In this document: in pieces, positions 53,318-61,754 of the stretch | Position numbering within the stretch: the first letter of the stretch is position 1 | How the letters are laid out: each line of letters starts with the position of its first letter | Assembly: GCA_035644115.1 (NCBI GenBank) | Contig: DASQPE010000099.1 | Span: 319 to 64,318, forward strand | Direction of reading: 5' to 3' | Length of the DNA: 64,000 nucleotides | From: Gemmatimonadales bacterium | Lineage (GTDB): Bacteria; Gemmatimonadota; Gemmatimonadetes; Gemmatimonadales; GWC2-71-9 | Program-made: the position numbers and the translations under genes | The notes under the pieces: generated by a model | Told to the model about the DNA's origin: nothing | What the model saw: the letters and a program-made list of their open reading frames with translations, nothing else | Database searches by the model: none

Positions 53318-53634
53318 CCTTCGGGCTCGTGTCGGGGCGACAGCTGTTACCTGACGCAGGGTGAACCCGCATCGTGGCCCGAAGGTTCACTGGAACCGAC
53401 CGAGCGGCCCGTGTCCGGCGTCACATTATTGGTCACCGCAGCTAAGCCCTGCGCGGGCAGGGCATTCGCTGTTTCTGGTCTGATGGCGACCCAACCCTTG
53501 CAGGCAGCGGCCTGCGGCACCCGACCGGAAGTTGCATCAATTGCCTGCAGAACCTGTCATATAAGTCATTGTGGAAAAAGATTTTACACCTTGAAGGCCT
53601 ACCGGAACCGGGGTCCGGACCCTAGCTTTGTGCC

Positions 53635-54735
53635 ATGCCGATGCCCCCCCTCGTCGGCCACTGGGACGCCCGTCGCCGCCTGAGCCGAGCCTTCCGGACC
53701 GGCCGGCTATCTCAGGTGTTGGTGCTCACGGGGCCTGGCGGCGTCGGCAAGCAGCGCCTCGGAATCTGGCTGGCGCAGCTTGTCCTGTGCACCGAGACCG
53801 GCGACGACCCCTGTGGCCGTTGCCCCGGCTGCCGGGCGGTTCAAGGGCTGGTGCACCCGGACCTGCACTGGTTTGTCCCGATTCCCCGGCCGAAAGCGTC
53901 CGACCGGGAAAAACAGGTCGAGGAAGCGGCGGAAGCGCTGGCCCAGGCAATGGAAGAGCGCCGGGCCGTTGGTTTGTATCCCCCGCCCGAGCCCATGGCA
54001 ATCCATGGACTTGCCAGCGTGCGGCTGCTCCAACGAAGCGCGGTGCTCACGCCGGTGCTGAGCAGCCGGAAGGTGTTCCTGATCGGTGATGCCGACCGGC
54101 TCGTGCCTCAGGAGGCGAGCCAGGAGGCAGCCAATGCTCTCCTCAAGCTGCTCGAGGAGCCGCCGGCCGACAGCGTGTTCGTGCTCACGACGGTAGATGC
54201 GCGCCGGCTGCTGCCAACGATCCGCTCGCGGGCGGTCCCGCTGCGCCTGGGCCGGCTGAGCGACGAGGAAGTCGCCGAAGTGCTGCGGGGTGGACTCAAG
54301 CCGCCCCTGCCTGACGAGGCGCTGCGCGAACGGGTGGCTCTCGCCGGAGGGTCGGTGGGAGCCGCCCTGGCCCTGGACGACGAGATCAACGCGGCGTACG
54401 ACGCCGCGCGCGAGTTGCTAGAGTCGGTGCTCGCGGGTCGGGCCGGCATGCCGGCGCGGATGGAGCGTGCGCTCCGCCAGACGCCGTGGGCCGCCCGCGG
54501 GGAGTTCACGGCCATGCTCGACGCGCTGGCCGACACCCTGAGCGAGGCGGCCCGAGCAGCGCTGGGCGAAACGCCGCGGCGGCCGCTCCCCGAAGCGCTG
54601 CGGAACCGGCGGGATGCCGCCGCGCTGGTCCGCGCCATAGAGCGCGTGGCCGGGGCGCGCGAGGCCGCGGCCGGCAACGTCAACCCCCAGATTCTGCTCG
54701 CGACTCTGGGCGAGGAGCTGGCGGAGGTTCTGTGA
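53635..54735 (+). CDS. holB: DNA polymerase III subunit delta'
   Basis: Track [14 protein letters not shown]-loop-like motif, CGRCPGC zinc module, and an SRAVPLRL sensor motif. Confidence 0.85.
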   Translation: MPMPPLVGHWDARRRLSRAFRTGRLSQVLVLTGPGGVGKQRLGIWLAQLVLCTETGDDPCGRCPGCRAVQGLVHPDLHWFVPIPRPKASDREKQVEEAAEALAQAMEERRAVGLYPPPEPMAIHGLASVRLLQRSAVLTPVLSSRKVFLIGDADRLVPQEASQEAANALLKLLEEPPADSVFVLTTVDARRLLPTIRSRAVPLRLGRLSDEEVAEVLRGGLKPPLPDEALRERVALAGGSVGAALALDDEINAAYDAARELLESVLAGRAGMPARMERALRQTPWAARGEFTAMLDALADTLSEAARAALGETPRRPLPEALRNRRDAAALVRAIERVAGAREAAAGNVNPQILLATLGEELAEVL

Positions 54736-55211
54736 AGCTCTCGCACCTGGATGAGCACGGCGCGGCCCGCATGGTGGACGTTGGGGGCAAGCCGGTGACG
54801 GAGCGCACCGCAGAAGCGGAGGGCGCGGTTCGAATGTCACAGGAAGCATTTGAACTGGTGGCCGGCAATGCGGTCGCAAAAGGGGACGTACTGACGGTGG
54901 CGCAGGTCGCAGGGACCATGGCCGCAAAGCGGGCCGGCGAGTTGATCCCGCTGTGCCACCCGCTGGGGCTCGATCACCTCGCGGTGGCGACCGCGCTCGA
55001 TGCCGCGCTTCCCGGCGTACGGGTTCGGGCGACCGCGAAGCTCAGCGGCCGCACCGGAGTCGAGATGGAGGCACTCACCGCGGTCGCGGTGGCGTGCTTG
55101 ACGGTTTACGACATGGTAAAAGCCGTTGATCGAGGAATGGTTATCGAGGGCATTCGTTTGGTGAGCAAGACCGGGGGAACCCGGGGCGACTGGCACCGGC
55201 CCGCGGAGTGA
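54732..55211 (+). CDS. moaC: cyclic pyranopterin monophosphate synthase MoaC
   Basis: GTG 54732 (GTGA overlap with holB) is in frame with track ORF 54486..55211. [12 protein letters not shown]...[27 protein letters not shown]...[21 protein letters not shown]. Confidence 0.9.
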   Translation: MKLSHLDEHGAARMVDVGGKPVTERTAEAEGAVRMSQEAFELVAGNAVAKGDVLTVAQVAGTMAAKRAGELIPLCHPLGLDHLAVATALDAALPGVRVRATAKLSGRTGVEMEALTAVAVACLTVYDMVKAVDRGMVIEGIRLVSKTGGTRGDWHRPAE

Positions 55212-55960
55212 TGCCGGCTGGTTTCCCATACAGGAGGGCAGCGATGAGGTCAGCAACCCGTAGGAAACCCGCGCAGCGGGAGCGCACGGAGCGCCTGGTG
55301 TGGCGCGGCGCCCTGCTCGTGGCCGGAGCGCTCGCGGTCGGCGCTCTGGGCGGGTGGACCAAACGGGTCCGGGCGGCGGATCACAAGTCCGGGCTCGACC
55401 CGGGCCGGCTGGCACGTCAATTCGGCTCGCTCAGCGACGAAGTAGCCGCGGCACGAGGGGAGACCGCACTGGTGCGGGTCCAGCTCGACCGCGCCAACAA
55501 GGTCATGGACTATTCGGTCAAGTACCAGATCCCCGCGGATCTCGCCGCGGCTGTGTACGACATCGCCCTGAGCGAGGGCATCGATCCGTCGCTCGGGTTT
55601 CGCCTGGTCAAGATCGAGAGCGATTTCAAGCAGGGCGCCCATAGCCCGGCCGACGCACTGGGGTACACTCAGCTCCAGCTCCCGACGGCACGCTTCTACG
55701 ACCCGGGCATCACGGAGCAGAAGCTCCTCCAGCGCGACGTCAATCTCCGAATCGGGTTCCGGTTCCTGAAGGACCTGCTGGGGCAGTTCAACAACGACAT
55801 GCACCTCGCCCTGCTGGCGTACAATCGCGGCCCCGGAAAGGTGGCCGAGATCCTCGCCCAGGGTGGCGATCCGAAGAACGGTTACTCGGAGGCTGTGCTC
55901 AAGGGATACCGCCCGCCGAGAACCGTGGCGGGCGATGTCGCGGGGAGTAACTGGCGCTAG
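55208..55960 (+). CDS. lytic transglycosylase (SLT domain), membrane-anchored
   Basis: Track [27 protein letters not shown]...[12 protein letters not shown]. The start may be 55211 or 55244. Confidence 0.8.
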   Translation: MMPAGFPYRRAAMRSATRRKPAQRERTERLVWRGALLVAGALAVGALGGWTKRVRAADHKSGLDPGRLARQFGSLSDEVAAARGETALVRVQLDRANKVMDYSVKYQIPADLAAAVYDIALSEGIDPSLGFRLVKIESDFKQGAHSPADALGYTQLQLPTARFYDPGITEQKLLQRDVNLRIGFRFLKDLLGQFNNDMHLALLAYNRGPGKVAEILAQGGDPKNGYSEAVLKGYRPPRTVAGDVAGSNWR

Positions 55961-57693
55961 GCGGGAATTTTCAGGCGCAGGCCACGCTTCAGCGTGGCAT
56001 CGTTCGATAATCCGTTCGCAGCTTTCAGGGCCTGGACCGAGACACCATATCGTCTCGCCAGGCCCGCGAGCGTTTCCCCCGGCCGCACGACGTGGCTTCG
56101 GGCGGCGGCCTGCTCAGCGGCTGTCCGCGACCCGCTCGCCTTCGATGCGGTCCGGACGCTGGGCTCCGGCGGCGCGACTCGAATCCGCTGGCCGGCCCGC
56201 ACGCGAGTGGCCTTGCCCAGGCGGTTCCAGACCTGCAGCTGGTGCTGGGTGACGCCGTAGCGGCCGGCGATGAGTCGCAGGTTCTCACCCCGGCGCACCC
56301 GATGGAAATCGGCATCGGAGGGCGCCGCCGCGAGCTGTCGGGTGACCTCGGCCGGCAGCGGACCAAGGGTCGGGACGACGACGATCTGCCCGGCTCGCAG
56401 GCTTCGCCCGCGCAGGCGGGGGTTCGCGGCGATGATGTCGGCTTTGGCGACGCCGTAGCGCTTGGCCAGGCCGCCCAGGGTCTCGCCCGCACGAACCGCG
56501 TGTTCCCGGTAGCTCATCCGCTTGCTGGCAGGCAGCTCGGCATAGGCGAGCGCCGTCGTCTCGCCGCGTCCGGGTGGCAGCCGCACCAGACTCGGGGTGC
56601 CCGGCGGGGTCGTGAGTCTGAGATACTGGGGATTCAGCTCGCGGAGCGCCGCCACCGTTGTATCCGCCAGCCGCGCGATCACGTCGAGCCCGGTCTGGTC
56701 CGCCACTACGATCGAGTCGTAGGGCGTGGCCACTTCCGGCGAAGGCGGAGGGAAGCCGTACTTGAGCGGCTCCTTCGCGATCATTGCGGCCGCGATGAGC
56801 TTCGGGACGTAATCCTTGGTTTCCCGCCGGAGCAACTTCGTGTCGTAGAGCCGGAAGAACGTGGCATCCGAGGGGATCGTGTCGGTCTCGTCGTCAGGCA
56901 GGCGGTGGAGCCCGCGGGAAACCCGGCCGGCTCCGGCGTTGTAGGCCGCGGCGGCGAGATAGTACGAGCCGAACATCCCGGTCAAATCCTTGAGGTGCCG
57001 AGCGGCTGCGTCGGTCGCTTTCATCGGATCCCGTCGCTCGTCCACCCAGCGGTCGACTCGCAGGTGATACAGCAGCGCGGTGCCCTTCATGAACTGCCAC
57101 ATTCCGACCGCGCGGGCGCGGCTGGTGGCTGTGTTCGAGAACCCGCTTTCGATCAGCGCGAGATAGACCAGATCGCCCGGCAACCCTTCGGCCTGGAGCC
57201 GCCGCCGGATCATCGCCTCATAGCGCGGCATCCGCTCGAGCCAGATGCCGAGGCGCTCCCGCCCCGTCGTGCGGAAGAAGTCGAGGTAGTACTGCACCCG
57301 GTCGTGGTTGTTGAACCGCTCGATTTCGATGTCGAACGTTACGGGGGCAGTGCCCAGCGCTTTGGAGCCATCGGCACTAACGGGCGCTTCTTCGCCGGCG
57401 GGTTCTTCGCGATCGGGCGTTTCGGTATGGAGATCGGCCAGCTTGTCGAGGATGTCCTCGTCCGCGGCCGAGTCCGCCGCGATGCGAAGCTCTTCCAGCA
57501 GCTCCCGGTCGAGCACTGAATCCGCAACCGGAGCGGGAACGAGGTCGGGCTCTGGAATGGCTTGGGCTACGGTGGGTGCCGCCGCCGCGCTCGGCGCGGC
57601 CACGGCAGGGCCGGGTTCCGGGGGTGGCGCCGTATGACCGGCGCAGGCCGCGAGAACGAGCAGGGACAGGACCGACAGTCGGTGCATGAACAC
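55957..57693 (-). CDS. LysM-domain lytic transglycosylase (MltD-like)
   Basis: Track ORF of 578 aa. SLT core LALIESGFSNTATSRARAVGMWQF followed by three LysM repeats (e.g. HVVRPGETLAGLARRYGVSVQALKAANGL). Confidence 0.9.
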   Translation of the reverse strand: MFMHRLSVLSLLVLAACAGHTAPPPEPGPAVAAPSAAAAPTVAQAIPEPDLVPAPVADSVLDRELLEELRIAADSAADEDILDKLADLHTETPDREEPAGEEAPVSADGSKALGTAPVTFDIEIERFNNHDRVQYYLDFFRTTGRERLGIWLERMPRYEAMIRRRLQAEGLPGDLVYLALIESGFSNTATSRARAVGMWQFMKGTALLYHLRVDRWVDERRDPMKATDAAARHLKDLTGMFGSYYLAAAAYNAGAGRVSRGLHRLPDDETDTIPSDATFFRLYDTKLLRRETKDYVPKLIAAAMIAKEPLKYGFPPPSPEVATPYDSIVVADQTGLDVIARLADTTVAALRELNPQYLRLTTPPGTPSLVRLPPGRGETTALAYAELPASKRMSYREHAVRAGETLGGLAKRYGVAKADIIAANPRLRGRSLRAGQIVVVPTLGPLPAEVTRQLAAAPSDADFHRVRRGENLRLIAGRYGVTQHQLQVWNRLGKATRVRAGQRIRVAPPEPSVRTASKASGSRTAAEQAAARSHVVRPGETLAGLARRYGVSVQALKAANGLSNDATLKRGLRLKIPA

Positions 57694-57870
57694 ACTCCCT
57701 CGCGCGCCGGGAACGCCGGCCGCCGGTTCGGCAACAAAATCTTACGAGCGCACTAGCCGGTCGTCCACCGAGCCCCGGTGTGCTTCGGCATTTGTTCGCC
57801 AACGGACCCGCCCAGGGACGCGGCAATCCGCGGATTCAAGCCGCGATTTGACAGGGGTTGGGGCTTCCGC

Positions 57871-58491
57871 CTACCGCATGAACAACCGGTTGCCCAGCAT
57901 TCGGTTGGTGGCGTTCAAGACCGCCAAAGCGGCGCCCCGGGCTGGATCTGAGTCCGTAAGGTACGACCCCACTACACGTTGAGCCCCCTGCTCTCCGTTC
58001 GTTGCCAGCGACACGATCACCACCGTCGCATCGAACGCTCGGACCGCTTTGACTCCGAGGAGCTCGAATGTCATGGCGCCCGCCACCGCCTGGCCCAGTG
58101 CGTTGACGCAGGCCTGGGCGGCACAGCGAAGCTCGCCGGCCTGGGACGCCAGACCCTCGCACTGTCCCGCGAACTGCTCCGAGCCCCGCCAGGTCAGCCC
58201 GACCCGCGCCCGGCAGCGCCCGTTCGAGAGGCGGTCGAGCACAAACTCCGCAAACCGGAGCCGCTCATGCGCGGCCACCGGTTCGGACGAAGCTTCCGAG
58301 GCCTTGTCCGAGGTACCGAAGGAGCTGTCAGTAGGGGTCGTACCGCCTCCGCGATCGGCGCGCCGCAGCCCAACAAAAGAGCCCACGCGATGGGGAGTGG
58401 CAAGCCCTATGCCACCCAGCCCCTTAGGCTCGCTGCCCCGGTCAAGAATCCCTGAAGCGCGACGGCCACCCCGGAGGGGGTGGCCGTTCAC
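57871..58491 (-). CDS. hypothetical protein (conserved-looking C-terminal alpha/beta domain)
   Basis: Track ORF. The C-terminal about 130 aa (FAEFVLDRL...ELRCAAQACVNALGQA...VVIVSLA...AALAVLNATNRML) looks like a folded domain that I cannot name. The N-terminal extension and start are uncertain. Confidence 0.45.
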   Translation of the reverse strand: MNGHPLRGGRRASGILDRGSEPKGLGGIGLATPHRVGSFVGLRRADRGGGTTPTDSSFGTSDKASEASSEPVAAHERLRFAEFVLDRLSNGRCRARVGLTWRGSEQFAGQCEGLASQAGELRCAAQACVNALGQAVAGAMTFELLGVKAVRAFDATVVIVSLATNGEQGAQRVVGSYLTDSDPARGAALAVLNATNRMLGNRLFMR

Positions 58492-58509
58492 GGCTCCGGC
58501 AGAGCGGGG

Positions 58510-59430
58510 TCAGTCTTCGACGACGATCAGGAACTTGGAAGGCGCCCAGAACTCCTCGGGCGATTCAATCTGGAGCGCGCCATGGATCTTGCCGTCCTTG
58601 GTAACCGAGTTGGCGGCCAGATATTCCGGGCTCTGACGCGAGATGATCTTGTAATTCTTGTTGTCGTGCGGCAGCGGGATCGTCAGGTCATGGGTCTTGT
58701 CGATCCGGTTAAAAGACGCCGGGTCGAGATTACGTGCCGGCACCAGGTGGGTGCCACCGAAGAACAGGAACTTGGAGCCTTCCTTGGCGAGCACGCCCTT
58801 CTCCATCAGCTCCTTCTTGGTCCCCACGGCGTAGTACACCGTGTTCTTGTAGGTGGTGAGCTGCGAGACCGTGTCGGTAAGCGCCACCTTGGCGACTGTG
58901 AGCTGCTGGTTTTCGGCGCTGACCGTATCGACTTTGCTGTTGAGCGAGGCGATCTCGACCTTCTGCTGTTCGATGGTGGCGGTGTACTCCTGCTCCTGCC
59001 GCTCGGCGGCCGCCTTGAGATCTGCGACCGTCTGCTTGGCCGACTCCAACTGGGCGAGGAGCCGCTGGTTCCGGCTGCTGGACCGCTTGAGCCGCGTGGT
59101 CGCTGCGTCCAGCTTCTGTTCGCTCTCGTTCAGTCGGCCGATCACTTCCTTGATCTTGCCCAGGACAGCGACCCGGTCCTGAGTCGCTCCCGAGGCGGTC
59201 TTTTCGCTGGCCGGCACCGGGGCGACCCCGACGCTCTTGACCTGCGCCAGCTCGGCATTGAGATCGTTGACGAACTTCGTGGTCTCGAGGACTTCGTTCA
59301 GCAGGCTGTCCTTCTCCGCGGCAGTCTGCTTCGCCTCGGCCAGCGCCGCGTTGAGCTTCTCACGATCGGCGCAACCTGTAGAGCCAGCGGCGAGAGCGAC
59401 CGGCAGAAGAAGCCAAGCGAACCTCCGCAT
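58510..59430 (-). CDS. coiled-coil lipoprotein
   Basis: Track ORF with lipobox LAAGSTGC. About 170 aa of heptad-rich sequence, then a beta-rich C-terminal domain (NTVYYAVGTKKELMEKGVL...). Visibly less GC-rich than its neighbours. Confidence 0.7.
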   Translation of the reverse strand: MRRFAWLLLPVALAAGSTGCADREKLNAALAEAKQTAAEKDSLLNEVLETTKFVNDLNAELAQVKSVGVAPVPASEKTASGATQDRVAVLGKIKEVIGRLNESEQKLDAATTRLKRSSSRNQRLLAQLESAKQTVADLKAAAERQEQEYTATIEQQKVEIASLNSKVDTVSAENQQLTVAKVALTDTVSQLTTYKNTVYYAVGTKKELMEKGVLAKEGSKFLFFGGTHLVPARNLDPASFNRIDKTHDLTIPLPHDNKNYKIISRQSPEYLAANSVTKDGKIHGALQIESPEEFWAPSKFLIVVED

Positions 59431-59674
59431 ACGACCCCCTTCAGATCAGAACGGATGGACACGTCTGCGACCCTGCGCGACGATCGCAGCTAACCCCAAC
59501 GCAGGCCGCACCCAACTGGGGCGGTCCCTCTTGATTCGCGATTCTCGTATCGACAACAAGTGGAAGTTTACCTGCGACATGGGGGAAAGGCCAGAGACCG
59601 CAGTCAAGTCGAAGCCGAGTCGGCAGTTGCCAGCGCCCTCGCGCAAGCAATCCGCCAGCAGTTACCTTAGCCAG

Positions 59675-59747
59675 TGAGGGCGGTGGGAATCGAACCCACG
59701 ACCTAGGGATTAAAAGTCCCTTGCTCTACCAATTGAGCTACGCCCTC
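59675..59747 (-). tRNA. tRNA-Lys (anticodon TTT)
   Basis: Folded by hand. Acceptor GAGGGCG/CGCCCTC, D arm GCTC-AATTGGTA-GAGC, anticodon arm AGGGA-CTTTTAA-TCCCT, T arm GTGGG-TTCGATT-CCCAC. 73 nt, CCA not encoded. Confidence 0.9.
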
Positions 59748-59804
59748 GGCTCCCCAAACGTGACCGGACCCCACCGGAAACTCAAGAGAGCATTTGAGCG
59801 CACT

Positions 59805-60197
59805 ATGCGACTCGGCATCCCCTTGTGGCTGGTCATGCTGCTGCCGGCCGTGCCGTGCGCCGGCCAGGCGGGACATGACTCCGATCGTTGGCAGATCACG
59901 CTGGGCGAAGGACAGGTGCTCTGGGACGTGCGCCTGGTGAAGCTGGCGGGCGACTCGCTCCAGGTCCGGCGAGCCGACTCGCTCACCGTCGTGCCCGTTG
60001 CGAAGATCACCGAGCTCAGGTTGATCAGGAAATCGGAGATCCAGCCGGGCAATCCCACCGCCGGCACAATGGCCGCCCTCATGGGCAGCGACGACGAGGT
60101 GTATGATCTCACCCCGCTCGAGTTCCCCGATCGGCTCCGGGCGGTGCAGAAGATCTTCCTTTACCATCCGCCGGACTCCACCGCGGCCGGCCCGTGA
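59805..60197 (+). CDS. secreted hypothetical protein (130 aa)
   Basis: ATG 59805 is in frame with track ORF 59721..60197; the track start lies inside the tRNA. Signal peptide MRLGIPLWLVMLLPAVPCAGQ. Confidence 0.5.
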   Translation: MRLGIPLWLVMLLPAVPCAGQAGHDSDRWQITLGEGQVLWDVRLVKLAGDSLQVRRADSLTVVPVAKITELRLIRKSEIQPGNPTAGTMAALMGSDDEVYDLTPLEFPDRLRAVQKIFLYHPPDSTAAGP

Positions 60198-60236
60198 ACC
60201 GCCGACGGGAGGTCAATAACCGCTAGCTTCCAGGCC

Positions 60237-60905
60237 ATGCCCCGACCACCCACGGTTCTCATTACCGGCACCGATACCGGCGTCGGCAAGACCTGGGTGG
60301 CTTGCGCGCTGGCCGGCGCGCTGCGGCGCGCCGGCCGCGCGGTCGCCGCGGTGAAGCCGGTGGAGACGGGGTACGGCGATGAGGCTGCGCCAATGGAGGA
60401 CGGGGCCCGGCTTGCCGGGGCTACCGGGCAACGGGAACCGACCCGGGCGCTGCGTCGGTTCCGCGCCCCGGTCGCTCCGGCGCTGGCCGCGGAGCTCGAG
60501 GGCGGCGCCATCGACCTCGACGATCTCGCGGCCGAGATCGAATCACTCACGGGGCATGCGGATCTACTGCTGCTAGAGGGCACCGGCGGTCTGCTGGTGC
60601 CCTTCGGTTGGGACTGGACTGTGGTGGACCTGGCTCAGGTGTTCGAAGCCACGGCGCTCGTAGTGGCGAGCGATCGGCTCGACGGCATCAATCACACCTT
60701 GCTCACCCTCGGGGCGCTCGACTTCGCGGGCTTGCGAGTCGCCGGGGTCCTGCTCAACACCCCGCCCCGACCCGACGCGACGACCGGGTCGAACGCGGCG
60801 GCCATCGCGCGCCTGTCCGGCATCGATCGGGTCCGCTCGATACCCCGCGTGCACGACCCCAATGAAGCGAGCCCCTGGCTGGCGGAGGTTTCAGGATGGC
60901 TGTGA
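60237..60905 (+). CDS. bioD: dethiobiotin synthase
   Basis: Track ORF. ITGTDTGVGKT P-loop, KPVETG, EGTGGLLVP. Confidence 0.85.
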   Translation: MPRPPTVLITGTDTGVGKTWVACALAGALRRAGRAVAAVKPVETGYGDEAAPMEDGARLAGATGQREPTRALRRFRAPVAPALAAELEGGAIDLDDLAAEIESLTGHADLLLLEGTGGLLVPFGWDWTVVDLAQVFEATALVVASDRLDGINHTLLTLGALDFAGLRVAGVLLNTPPRPDATTGSNAAAIARLSGIDRVRSIPRVHDPNEASPWLAEVSGWL

Positions 60906-61657
60906 GATGGATCGGGCTCGCGGTGCTGCTCAGCTCGGGGCCCGCCACCGCCCAGGCCCCGAAGACCATCACGTTCCCTTCGACCGACAGCTTGCCAATC
61001 ACCGCCGACGTCTATGCGCCGTTGCCACCGTCGGCGCCGTTCATCGTCCTGTTCCATCGGGCGGGGGCGAGCCGCGGCGAGTATCGGCAGATCGCGCCCC
61101 GGCTGGTCGCGATGGGCTTCAACTGTATGGCGGTGGACCAGCGGTCCGGCGATGCCGTGAACGGCGTCCCCAACCAGACCGCCCGCGAGGCCAAGCATAG
61201 CCCTCAACCGGTGTCGATGATCTCCGCCCGGCAGGATCTCGAGGCCTCGCTCCGATACGCCCGGGCACATTACGCGCGCGGCAAGTTGCTGGCGTGGGGC
61301 AGCTCCTACTCCGCGGCGCTCGTGCTGGTGGTGGCAGGAGAGGATCGGGGCCTGGTCGACGGCGTGCTTGCTTTCTCGCCCGGAGAATATTTCCCCGTAG
61401 CGCCGGGCCGGCCGACCCTCGTGACCGATGCCGCGCGAGCGATTCGGGTGCCCGTGTTCATCACGTCGGCCCGTTCCGAGTCGAATGACTGGCAGCCCAT
61501 TTTCGCCGCGCTGGCGCCGTCGCTGCGGCGGGCGTACGTCCCCGACGCGGAAGGGCGCCATGGCTCCGGCGCTCTCTGGAAAGAGGCGCCGGGTCAGGAA
61601 GGTTACTGGCAGGCCGTGCGGGGCTTCTTGAACCTTCGCTTTCCGCGGACCAAGTAA
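60896..61657 (+). CDS. secreted alpha/beta hydrolase (dienelactone-hydrolase-like)
   Basis: Track ORF with signal LLSSGPATAQA. Nucleophile-elbow-like GSSYS. Overlaps bioD by 10 nt. Confidence 0.7.
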   Translation: MAVRWIGLAVLLSSGPATAQAPKTITFPSTDSLPITADVYAPLPPSAPFIVLFHRAGASRGEYRQIAPRLVAMGFNCMAVDQRSGDAVNGVPNQTAREAKHSPQPVSMISARQDLEASLRYARAHYARGKLLAWGSSYSAALVLVVAGEDRGLVDGVLAFSPGEYFPVAPGRPTLVTDAARAIRVPVFITSARSESNDWQPIFAALAPSLRRAYVPDAEGRHGSGALWKEAPGQEGYWQAVRGFLNLRFPRTK

Positions 61658-61658
61658 A

Positions 61659-61754
61659 CTGCGAACCACGGAAGCACGGAAGCACGGAGCCACAGAAAAA
61701 ACACATCGAAGGCATTTCTTCCGTGGCTCCGTGGCTTTCAGTTGTGGTTTTCAG
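61659..61754 (+). repeat. hairpin C: (CACGGAAG-like)x4 - loop - (GTGGCTCC-like)x4-5
   Basis: Read directly. 61683-61693 pairs with 61723-61733 (11 perfect bp). 61694-61698 pairs with 61715-61719. The outer stem 61659-61671 with 61742-61754 has 13 positions, 1 mismatch and 3 G:T. It fills the whole gap between two convergent stop codons. Confidence 0.85.

Noticed and set aside
51918-53390. 490-aa track ORF as a single gene
   Set aside because: The upstream part is a shadow read across the AraC-like gene (52904..53317, different frame). A GTG at 52844 with AGGAGG upstream gives a sensible DUF4956 protein.
54486-54731. Moco riboswitch or long N-terminal extension ahead of moaC
   Set aside because: This region is the 3' part of holB in another frame. 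moaC starts at GTG 54732, overlapping the holB stop, so there is no non-coding leader.
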